From positions 392,584,001-392,648,000 of the forward strand of contig OZ024740.1 in the NCBI GenBank assembly GCA_964016885.1: a stretch of DNA of 64,000 nucleotides, given 5' to 3'. The notes under the pieces were generated by a model. The model did no database searches, was not told where the DNA came from, and saw only the letters and a program-made list of their open reading frames with translations. Made by a program: the position numbers and the translations under genes. Below, piece by piece: positions 51,710 to 64,000 of the stretch. Within the stretch, counting starts at the first letter, position 1. Each line of letters begins with the position of its first letter. The DNA is from Eledone cirrhosa. Lineage: Eukaryota.

Positions 51710-52840
51710 AACTATTAGATCAGGTACCAACCTTAGAAATTCTCATTAGACCTTGGTTCAGTTTACGAAACCATCATTAGACATTACTTCAAAGTCAGAA
51801 ATTTCCATTAGACATGGTGCTAGGCTAAGAAATCATTTTTAGACTTTGTACAATATAGGAAATATCCTCTTTAGACAGTGTCAATCTAAAAATATCATCA
51901 TTAGACCAAGTTTTTTAAGTCCCAGTTTTAGAAATCGCCAATTGACCAATGTAAGAAGCCATCATTAGATCAATGTGAGAAATTACCATTAGGGCATGTG
52001 GTAATGTAAAGAATTGCCATTAGACCACATGGTAATGTAAGACACCGCCATTAGACCACGTGGTAATGTAAGACACCGCCATTAGATATTGTGCCAATGT
52101 AAGAAACCATCCTGTGTTAATGTAAGAAACGTCATCGTTAGACCATGTGGAAATATAAGAAATATCATCATTCGGTCATGTTGCAATGTAAATAATTGAT
52201 ATTAGACCATGTGGCAATATAAGGAAACGTCATTAGACCATGTGGCAATGTATGGAACTGTCTTTAGACCATGCTGTAATGTAAGAAATTGGCATTAGAC
52301 CTTGTGGCAATGTATGGAACTGTCATTAGACCATGTTGTAATGTAAGGAATTGGTATTAGACCGTGTGGTAATATAAGAAATATCGTCATTTTACCATGT
52401 GGTAATGTAAGGAAACGTCATTTGATCATGTGTTAATGTAAGAAATTGGTATTAGACTATGCATCACTGTAAATAAACCATCATTAGACCATGCAGCACT
52501 GTAAACAAACCATCATTAGACCATGTAACACTGTAAACAAACCATCATTAGACCATGCAGCACTGTAAAGAAACCATCATTAGACCATGTAGTACTGTAA
52601 ACAAACCATCATTAGACCATGCAGCACTGTAAATAAACCATCATTAGACCATGTAGCACTGTAAAGAAACCATCATTAGACCATGTAGTACTGTAAAGAA
52701 AACATCATTAGACCATGTGGTACAGTAAAGAAACTATCATTAGACTATGTGACACTGTAAAGAAACCATCATTAGACCATGTGGTAATGCAAAGAACCGT
52801 TGTTAGACCTTGTCTAAGTTAAAGAAACCATTATTAAACA
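51710..52840. repeat. Degenerate 31-32-bp minisatellite (~35 units)
   Basis: Unit catcattagaccatgtagcactgtaaagaaac; period 31 near 52021-52052 and 32 near 52479-52543. Confidence 0.9.
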
Positions 52841-53082
52841 TTATCCTAATCTATTTAGAAAATTTCAAGATGTTTTGCCACCTCTAATCTTTTATGCTAG
52901 AGTAATAATGAAAAAACAAAGAAAATAATATAGAAGGTTGTGTAGAAGTTGGATGATGTGTTAAGAAGAGGGAGAAGGAAGGTGATAAGTTGAAGAATGA
53001 GAAAATAAAAGTGAAGTTTAAAAATATGGATGAAGTGACAATAGAAGCAGTTTCAGGAACAGCATCATCACCACCAGCAGCA

Positions 53083-53094
53083 GTAGTAGCAGCG

Positions 53095-53151
<57 letters not shown>

Positions 53152-53160
53152 ATAGTAGTT

Positions 53161-53212
<52 letters not shown>
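53083..53212. repeat. (GTA)n microsatellite
   Basis: Direct reading. Confidence 0.95.
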
Positions 53213-53279
53213 AAGACGAAGACGAAGAAGAACAACAACTATAAAAAAAACAGTAACAACAACAATGGCAACAACAAAT

Positions 53280-53728
53280 ATAATTGTTTCTACTTTAGGC
53301 ACAAGGCCAGCAATTACCCAGTGCATTACTGGTACTTTATTTTATCGACCCCGTAAGGATGAAAGGTAAAGTTAACCTCTGCGGGATTTGAACTCAGACC
53401 ATAAAGGGACGTAACTCTTTGCTGCAAGGCATGGCGTCAGACCCTCTAATAATAATTGTTTCTACTTTAGGCACAAGGCCAGCAATTACCCAGTGCATTA
53501 CTGGTACTTTATTTTATCGACCTCATAAGGATGAAAGGCAAAGTTAACCTCGGTGGGATTTGAACTCAGAATGGCAAGGGCCAAATAATAGTTTCCAATT
53601 TTGGCACAAGGCCAGCAATTCAAGGAGGGGGGTGGGAGGGGCTAAATCGATTACATCCACCCAATGATTGATTGGTATATTATTTTATCGACTCTGGAAT
53701 GATGACCTCAGTAGCATTCGAACTCAGA
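53280..53728 (-). mobile_element. Three head-to-tail Nin/Deu-domain SINE copies
   Basis: Units begin (+ strand) taattgtttctactttaggcacaagg at ~53281 and ~53453, and gtttccaattttggcacaagg at ~53591. Confidence 0.85.
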
Positions 53729-53818
53729 ATTTTAAGAAAACAAATATTACAACATATTTGATCTGACACTCTAACGATAAGAATAAGTAGGTTATCATAA
53801 TGTTGAAGATGATGATGA

Positions 53819-54441
53819 TGGGGAGGGTGGGGATGATGAGAGGGCGGTGATGGGGAGGGTGGGGAGGGTGAGAGGGTGGTGATGGGGTGGGGATGGGGAG
53901 GGTGAGAGGGTGGTGATGGGGAGGGTGGGGGAGGGTGAGAGGGTGGTGATGGGGAGGGTGGGAAGGGTGAGAGGATGGTGAGGGTGGGGGTGGTGAGAGG
54001 GTGATGATGGGGTGAGGCTGGGGAGGGTGAGAGGGTGGTGATGGGGAGGGTGGGGAGGGTGAGAGGGTGGTGATGGGGATGGTGGGGGATGGTGAGAGGA
54101 TGGTGATGGGGAGGGTGGGGATGGTGAGAGGGTGGTGATGGGGAGGGTGGTGATGGGGAGGGTGGTGATGGGGAGGGTAGGGAGGGTGAGAGGATGGTGA
54201 CGGGGAGGGTAGGGAGGGTGAGAGGATGGTGATGGGGAGGGTGGGGAGGGTGAGATGAGGATGATGGGGAGGGTGGGGATGGTGAGAGATTGGTGATGGG
54301 GAGGGTGGGGATGGTGAGATGAGGATGATGAGGAAGGTGGGGATGGTGAGAGGATGGTGATGGGGAGGAGGAGGGTGAGATGAAGATGATGGGGATGGTG
54401 AGATGAGGATGATGGGGAGGGTGAGAGGATGGTGATGGGGA
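53819..54441. repeat. G-rich degenerate satellite (GGGGAGGGT / GAGAGGGT / GGTGAT units)
   Basis: About 620 bp almost devoid of C on the + strand. Confidence 0.9.
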
Positions 54442-54610
54442 TGTTGACAGAGGATGGTGACATGAAGATAGGGAAAGTAGGAGAAATAAAAAAAAAACGA
54501 TGAATGAAGTAGAAATCAGAAGAAGACTAAGAACAAGAAACAAAAAAAAAAGAAAGAAATAAGCAATAGAAATAAGAGATGGCGAGAAAAGGATGTGAAA
54601 AATAAAATGA

Positions 54611-54795
54611 CTGTTTCTACTTTGGCACAAGGCCAGCAATTATTCCAGTGCATTACTGGTACTTTGTTTTATCGACCCCGTAAGGATGAAAGGCAAAGTT
54701 AACCTCGGCGGGATTTGAATTCAGACCGTAAAGGGGCGTAACTCTATGCTGCAAAGCATGGCGTTCCGACCCTCTAACGATACTGCCAATTCACC
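54611..54795 (-). mobile_element. Full-length Nin/Deu-domain SINE
   Basis: Reverse complement of the 39521-39708 family. Confidence 0.88.
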
Positions 54796-55619
54796 AAAAT
54801 AAAATAACAGCAAGAATAAAGAAGAAAAAGTAAGAGAAGAAGAAGGAGAAGAAGTTGAAAGAGGACGAGGTAGAGGAGAAAACAATATAAAACGAAGAAA
54901 GGAGAAACAAGGAATATGAAGTAGAAAAGTTAAAAAAATATTACAAGGCTGTCATCAGAACCAAAACCAACAACAGCAGAAAAAGAGAACTATTTCCTTG
55001 TCAACCAATAACATACGCACTGCTTTTTGGAAAACACCATATTGACAAGCGTGTTGTTCTATGAAGTATAGAACATATTCCTCCTTAGCGATTGTTATCT
55101 CACTAGAGGTTTTACTGCAGCAGCAGCAGGTGAGATATATTCATGGTTTCCGCCATACGATAAAAGCAGACGCCAACCGGCTTGGCTTGCTTCATACTTA
55201 ATTTTCTTTTCTCTCTTCTTTACTTCTTCTGAGGTAATTCTTTCATCTTTAATTTAGACATGAAGCTGAAGATTTTCTCAAAACTCTGCCAGTGTGTTAT
55301 AATACTTGCCCTAAACCTGCTCCCTATTGAAGGATCTAAGGTAAATAATATAGTTTAAATGCCGTTTAAAAACTAAACAAAAATAGTTATAATGTAGTTT
55401 ATTATTAATTTTCTTTAGTTTCGTTAATTTTTGTCATGCTTTTATTTATTTTTCATTTATCTTTGTACACGCATTCACGTATATACACACTTATACACGC
55501 ATGCCGCGCGTTCATTCTCCCCCTCTCTTGTTCCTTCTCTCTCTTTATCTTCCATTCTCGCTTTCACAAACATACACACAAGTATTGTTAATTTTCGTTG
55601 AGGTTATCTTAATCTCGAG

Positions 55620-55650
<31 letters not shown>

Positions 55651-55701
55651 TGTATGTATGTATGTATGTATGTATGTATGTATGTATGTATGTATGTATG
55701 T

Positions 55702-56207
55702 TTTCTCTTTCTCTTAATTTCGAGTATATTTTTTTGACCGGCCACCTTCCTGGTGGCAAGGTTGTAAAAGAAAAGAAATTGTCATCCCTTGAATCGCAAG
55801 AATGTTTTGCATATTTTGAAGGTGCCAGCTAACGCAGCCATTTGTAGACTATGAATTAGGGAGCTGCGCTTTTTGTCCGCAAATCCAAGTTCGGTCATAC
55901 TTTGGTCCAAGCGGGTTGGTATATAACCCGTAGCACCAATAATGATGGGTATGAAGCTAAAGGTGTATCTTGGATACTGGATTTGTAAGCTCCTCATCAA
56001 TGGTCCGTAGATGTCCTCCTTCTCCTGTATTTTTCTGACAACGTTTACATCAAGTGGGCAGCTGATCTCCACAACAGAACACGTTTTCAATGTGTGGTCC
56101 CAAACTACAATATCAGGCCGGTTGTGCTTTAATTTGGTGGCAGTTTTTATTTTCAGGTTCCACCAGTATTCCTTAGTGCCATCTGTCTCAATATATTCTT
56201 CCTCGTT
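55702..56207 (-). mobile_element. 5'-truncated R4/Dong-type non-LTR retrotransposon (restriction-like endonuclease end plus 3' UTR) inside a (TACA)n tract
   Basis: YWWNLKIKT..KLKHNRPDIVVWD...VVEISCPLD...EKEDIY..L...IPIIIGATG is the PD-(D/E)xK RLE signature; both flanks are (GTAT)n (55620-55701 and 56208 onward). Confidence 0.88.
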
Positions 56208-56538
56208 TGTATGTATGTATGTATGTATGTATGTATGTATGTATGTATGTATGTATGTATGTATGTATGTATGTATGTATGTATGTATGTGTATATGTGT
56301 GTATGTATATATGTATGTGTGTATGTATGTATCAATGTATGTATGTATGTATATATGTATGTATGTATGAGTGTATGACTGTATCAATGTATGTATGTGT
56401 GTATGTATGTATGTATGTCAGTAGGTAGGTAGATAGGTAGGTACGCATGTATATAAATATGTGTGTGCGTGATATGTATGCATGAATATATGTAAACATG
56501 AATGTATGTTTATCTATTCTCTCCTCTCCTGCCCTCCA

Positions 56539-57596
<1,058 letters not shown>

Positions 57597-57600
57597 GCGC

Positions 57601-57637
<37 letters not shown>

Positions 57638-57639
57638 AC

Positions 57640-57845
57640 AAAGAAGGTGTGGTAAGATACCAGGTGGACCATAACGTACCAAAGTACTCGATACTTAGGG
57701 TAGTAGAGTGGGTAATAGGAAAAGAGTCAGGACCCCGACGACTAAGATCCGGCCATTTCGAGAGCTAGATCCGAACGGATCTACTAGCTTTCGGATCTAG
57801 CTGTCGATCGGCCTGATCTCAGCCGTCGGGGTCTTTATTCTTTTC
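57640..57845 (-). mobile_element. Short PLE pLTR derivative with fold-back inversion inside the hammerhead
   Basis: 57660-57724 matches 22698-22760; arms 57719-57775 and 57790-57845 are inverted; flanked by (TA)n. Confidence 0.8.
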
Positions 57846-58003
57846 ATATATATATATATATGAAAAACAGGGTGAAAAAGAATTAGGAAGAAAAATATAT
57901 TTTTTCCTTTTTATTTTTTTCTCTCGTTTTACTTTGTGTGAAGTGTTAAGGTATTAGTTGATTTATTTATTAATTAACAATGGCATTTATTTATATATTT
58001 AAT

Positions 58004-58053
58004 AATTGTCTATTACCGGTTTCAGCATTTTTATGCATTATCAAATGATAATT
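58004..58053 (-). ncRNA. Minimal hammerhead motif with U3-A8 core
   Basis: aattatcat-TTGATAA-t GCAT aaaa ATGC t-GAA ACCGGT A-atagacaatt; palindromic stem III, GUA triplet, imperfect stem I. Confidence 0.55.
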
Positions 58054-58319
58054 ATATGTATTGGTGTAAAATGGTGGTGTTGAACATATTAAGGAAATGG
58101 TGCAGAAAGAATAATGTTATTTACAAACAAGGTTTATGAAGTGAAAAGAAAAAAGAAAAAAAGAGGCGTAATGTGGAACATAATAAGGCAATGTGAAATA
58201 AAAAATAAAAAATAATATTATTTACAGTTCAAGAACTATGCCTGTAAATAATATTATTTTTTATCATATATATTTTTTATCATATATATATATCCTAACT
58301 TGTGTGCTCCCTCTCCACA

Positions 58320-58377
<58 letters not shown>

Positions 58378-58790
58378 ATATATATATATATATATATATG
58401 TAAAAGTTCTATTTAAATTGTTGGGATACAACAAGTAAATATTTTTATAACTGATATAAAGCACTCAACAAATATTTGGAGTAAAAATACGATATTAACA
58501 AATGGAAACTATATTTATAAAACCATATTTATTTCATTATACATATTTCAAGGACACCAAGTTAAATTATGGTGTGCTTTCATCAGATAAAATATAATAT
58601 AGATCAGTTTTATAAATAAATATTGACATACCCTTAAAAAATGCAACCATTACTGTTGGAAGCTCCCGGATAGTGTAGCTTTAATTATATTATTATTAGT
58701 ATTGGATATTTTTATTTTTAAAATAAGCCGTTGGGTTACGGAGAAAGATAAAGATAAAGAAGGAGAGGGAGAAAAAGAGAGAGAGAGAGA

Positions 58791-58842
<52 letters not shown>

Positions 58843-59391
58843 AAAAAAACAGAGAGAGAAAGATATATAGAGAGAGAGGAGACAGAGAGAAGGGGAGAGA
58901 ACGAAAAACTCTAAGTCATATCTTGTTGAGTTATCTTAACAATTGAGATGAAATGAATAAATAAAATTAGAAATGTTAATAATCATGAATGGAATATACA
59001 TATATAATATGAGAAATTAACCATTGTTTAAATATGATTAGATGTTTAGTTAATCATTTAAAAATTGAGATCAATATATTAAAAATTGGGATCTATATAT
59101 TAAGAAATCCATATATTACTAGAGAACTACATATCATATAACACGTATACACACGCAAAAATACATATAAATATATATACACACATATAAAATACATATA
59201 CATATCTACCTACGTATATAATATATACACACAAAACATAAAGGATTCTTTAATTTAATTTAAGATATAGGAATCTTATAAAACGTTATAATTGTTAAGA
59301 TATTAAAGGAAATTTTGTTATACACACTTTATGTGATTAAACAACATTTTTTTTTGTATAAGTTTTATAAGATTACCTGTTATATATTACG

Positions 59392-59510
59392 ATCTGAGTT
59401 CAAATCCCGGCGAGGTTAACTTTGCCTTTCATCCTTGCGAGGTCGATAAAATAAAGTACCAGTAATGTACTGGGTAATTGCTGGCCTTGTGCCAAAAGTA
59501 GAAACAATTA
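59392..59510 (+). mobile_element. 5'-truncated Nin/Deu-domain SINE
   Basis: gagttcaaatcccggcgaggttaactttgcctttcatcc...ggccttgtgccaaaagtagaaacaatta. Confidence 0.85.
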
Positions 59511-60026
59511 TATGTCTATCTATCACGAATCTTGGGATAATCACTATACATAAGTGCAATCAAATTGTATGGATATACACGCATATGTATATACACAATT
59601 CCCACATATACATATATATATATATATATGTACCCTCAACCAATAGGTAGATACGCACATATATATTAAAAAGAGAAAAGAATGACTTCACTAGTAGTTC
59701 TAAACAATTTAATTTTATTTTATAAAATCAAGTGAATGAAGTCATTCTTCCCTTTTTTAAATATACCTAACTGTACCATGGATTTCACACATTTTCCAAT
59801 ATATATATATATATATATAAATTTAGAATACGTCGTTTTCAAATACGAAAACAGTTAAAGGTAGGTGAAGACATTTTTACAACTCAAAATTTAATTAATT
59901 AACTAATAATTAATTGTATGTCCTATAATATGGAAGACACGTGCGTTAATTAAAATATGATATATTTAACATTATTTGGTTTTATTTTCGATATAGATAT
60001 ATATATATCGAAATCTACCACGCTTT

Positions 60027-60318
<292 letters not shown>

Positions 60319-60336
60319 ATATATGCGTATACACAA

Positions 60337-60367
<31 letters not shown>

Positions 60368-60659
60368 ATTCAATAGATGGTAATAAGCGTGGTATAGATG
60401 TGATATACACGTATCACAACGTTTGATCTTTTATTTTCCATTTATCATTCTTTCGTTGTCTTACTTTTCTTATTTTCCCAATTTTCTGGCGAATGGCTTA
60501 CGTCCGAAACGTTAGAATATTTATATTTCTCTGAGGATGAAAGTAATGAAAATAATTTTTATGTTGTCTTTCACATTCTTATTTCTACGGTTTTGATATC
60601 ATGCCACTGTTCATACTACATCGTGCTTATTTTAGTAATATACACTCATGTTCCGACAC

Positions 60660-60837
<178 letters not shown>

Positions 60838-61475
60838 GAATGAATTTTGTACATGTTTCGGTAATTCCTTTCTATCAGCTGTTAACATGATTTCTCTACA
60901 ATTTTGTCAATTTTCGATTGTGCAAGTGTTGCTAACCCCAATTGATACTTCGAGAGTATATGTGGGTGTTTAGGTCAGTATTTTACTAATGCACACACAT
61001 ATACCTATACACACATATATAAATATATAGGTATATCGTAGTATTTGTAACTTGTGTCAGGGCAACCTTTCTTGTAAAGTCAGCTCAGGCCAATTCATAT
61101 CTTATAGCTGAAAGTTTCATGCTCGGAAGCAATCCTTAGACGAATACGAGTAGTGATAAGAACTTTCGATAGATTTCGGTGGTCCATCAGTTATGAGACT
61201 TAAAAGTCATTGTCACAGAATGACTACAAGGCCACAGTCCAATGACTGAAATAAGAACAGCTGTTAGAGAATATACTTACATAAACACGTCATTTAAGTA
61301 ACGGGTTTCTTTGACCAATAATGCTGGACCAACACTTTTAAAATATATGTATTTTCAACATATATTTCTTTCTAACATGATATTTTCAGATGTTTATTTT
61401 TGTTGTATATTTTTCATGCAGACCTATAATGTAACTCTAAATTTTCTAACTTATCTTGTATATATGTATATATAT

Positions 61476-61760
61476 AAAAGATTCAGGATCCCCGACGGCT
61501 GAGCTTCGGCCGTTTCGACAGCTAGATCCGAACTGAATCGCCGGTATTCGAACGGCGGGAATCTAGCAGAACTTATCAAGGGATACAGTCCATATATGTA
61601 TGGACATACAGTCAAAGTAAAAAGAAATCTTAAAAGTTATTGTTTTTTATTTTTCTCAGGACTGGTCAGTGATCGGGGGCTGGGGTATCTTAGGTCAAAT
61701 GGCTGGTATAGCCCTGCTACATATCGTGTATTTTATTTATTACATTCTTAGCGGCGAGGG
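61476..61760 (-). mobile_element. PLE pseudo-LTR (sister subfamily) ending in (TA)n
   Basis: Colinear with 13241-13478 and contains a complete hammerhead. Confidence 0.75.
61488..61584 (-). ncRNA. Type I hammerhead ribozyme, U3-A8 core, extended stem II
   Basis: ATCCC-TTGATAA-G ttc t GCTAGATTC c CGCCG ttcgaatac CGGCG attcagttc GGATCTAGC t gt C-GAAA-CGGC cgaagctca GCCG-TC|GGGGAT. Confidence 0.8.
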
Positions 61761-62138
61761 GCTAGACATGCGAAAATGAAAGGGGAATGGGTCGGTAGAC
61801 TAATTGAACTGAAAGTGCCAAGCAAGTCAGCCGCGCACTCAAACTATTAAGAGAGATTTAATCTTTATCAACTATTTCCGATCTGTAGAAATTTTTTTGA
61901 GTTAAACTTCAATTCAAGAGAGAAAGAAACTGAACGAGAGAAAATATAATTTCAGCGTATATAAGTCAAAGAGTATTTATGTTTTTGCTTTATTTTTACA
62001 CTTTGCTAAAAAGCTAAGCATTTATAATTTTTTACTATTTCTCCTCATCATAGAGAAATCTAGTTACCGGTTGCTCCATGGCCCGGGAAAAGCGCCTCAT
62101 TCACATGTTTTTTATTTTACTTATTTTCAAACTCATTT

Positions 62139-62246
<108 letters not shown>

Positions 62247-62427
62247 AGTGAGTGTACTGAGGAAGGGTGATGCCCAGAAACATTAGTGTCTGCAGTTCTG
62301 TTTACATGCCAACACAAGAGCAAGCATGAAGGGTTCATTCTACTGACATGGCATTAAACATGAGGCTTGTTTGCATAATTGCAAACGAATCGAATGTTAT
62401 TATTAATATTCGAAAAACTCAGATTAC

Positions 62428-62561
<134 letters not shown>

Positions 62562-62793
62562 TAATAAAATCTATGAAATAAAAACAAAGAACAAGTTCCT
62601 TATATCAAAAAATTCATCATTTTACGATCGTTTCTGGGATGTATATGTGTGTTGGTATGTATATCATGTTTAAGATCTATGTAAAAATATTACAAATTAT
62701 CAGAGAAAATATATATACCTTCACATATACATGCCGTCCTCAGAAATGATGAGATGTGTTTATTGAAAAAAACAAAGAATTGATATAAAGAGT

Positions 62794-64000
62794 TTGTATG
62801 ATTTCACCACATATACGAACCCACCACACAACTCCTTTCTTGAAAACTTCGAGAAAGACCTATTTGACTTAATCAAACACCTCAGATTTAAGAAATATAA
62901 ATCTAATTTTCAAAAGGATCTCGACTCTACCCTATTGGAACTAATAAAATCTAGCAAAGTCCACGTCCACTCTGACAAAACAGGAAATCTATACCACATG
63001 GATATTGATAATTATAATGAGTTCATTTATAAGGAACTCAGGAAAAATTATAAAAAAACAAATAATGCGGCTCTTACCAATATCAAAAACAAAACATACA
63101 ACATAGTAAATAAACTCAATATTGAAGACAGAACTGAACCTTTGGCACTGAAAAAACCACATTTTAACCCGAAAGATCACAAATCTAACTTCAACTCTAA
63201 TCCTTCTATAAGACTTATATGGCCTTCCAAGTCAGACATTGGCATTATTAGTAAAAACAAATTGGATAGAATTATCCCACAATTAAGAAAACACGTTAAC
63301 TTACCACTCTGTGAAAACACATCCCAAGTAATTAATTGGTTTTCTAATATTAAAAATAAATCCTCTGCTTCATTTCTACAATTCGATATAGATGCTTATT
63401 ATTCCTCTATATCACCCATACTCCTGAACAAAGCCTTGATATTTGCCAAAAATAGATCAGACTTAACTATGGATGACATTAATATTATCACGCACGCTAG
63501 ACAAACACTACTGGAATTTCAGAAGGAGTATTGGACCAGAAATACATATAATAATCTCTTCGACATAACTATGGGCTCTAGTGATTCTGCCCAAATAACC
63601 GATCTTATGGGCCTCTTTCTTCTATTTAACATTAATTCATCTTTCCCCCACCTTAAAGGTGGTTTATATCGTGATGACTGTCTTCTTCTATCCATTAATC
63701 TTAGCCTATCAGAAATTGAAAGAAATAAAAAACTTAGAACTTTCCTCAAAGACTATTATAATCTCACTATTACATTTGAAAACACCAGTAAAATAGTCAA
63801 TTTCCTAGATATAACTATGGACCTATCTACGGGTATCTACCAACCTTACCATAAACCTAACCAAAACTTGCATTACATACACTCACAATCCAATAACCCT
63901 AGATCTATCCTTAAAACCTAGCATATAATATCTCACTCAGGATCTCTAACCTTTCATCAAATCAGGATGTATTCGATAAAAACGCGCCCTTTTATAACGA
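62794..64000 (+). mobile_element. Penelope-like element RT region (same lineage as 19635-22994), running off the window
   Basis: HSDKTGNLY, KDHKSNF, SKSDIGIISK, QFDIDAYYSSI, FDITMGSSDSAQI, GLYRDD, NFLDITMDL, YHKPN; continues after a frameshift as LRISNLSSNQDVFDKNAPFYN. Confidence 0.92.

Noticed and set aside
51710-52840. CRISPR-like array
   Set aside because: The inter-core segments are related to each other rather than unique spacers, there are no cas genes, and the context is eukaryotic; it is a minisatellite.
53680-54639. 319-aa and 222-aa Pro/His/Ser-rich ORFs
   Set aside because: Translations of the G-rich satellite; no splice or domain evidence.
62251-62292. Hammerhead-like CTGAGGA-aGGGtgatgCCCa-GAAAcat
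   Set aside because: Stem I cannot pair and stem III is not palindromic; insufficient support.

Overview
AT-rich, microsatellite-rich animal genomic DNA. The SINE/LINE repertoire suggests a cephalopod (octopus-like) genome; this is inference. The first ~8.7 kb holds the last five coding exons of a CEP162 orthologue (+ strand, GT-AG introns, continuous frame). The rest is largely a nested graveyard of transposons: RTE LINEs with a PHD-like finger inside the RT, at least five Penelope-like elements (PLEs), an internally deleted CsRN1-type Gypsy provirus with a solo LTR and a non-autonomous LTR partner, an R4/Dong-type RLE fragment inside a (TACA)n tract, hAT, mariner and probable Academ relics, a non-autonomous Helitron, a fold-back MITE, many tRNA-derived SINEs and several minisatellites. 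The most interesting signal is RNA-level: about ten hammerhead-ribozyme motifs or halves from several unrelated families, mostly in PLE pseudo-LTRs. They include a large type I hammerhead with the non-canonical U3-A8 core, supported by covariation between two subfamilies, and short fold-back derivatives whose inversion point lies inside the ribozyme. All family and structure calls were made by eye; no search or folding program was run, and boundaries of decayed elements are approximate.
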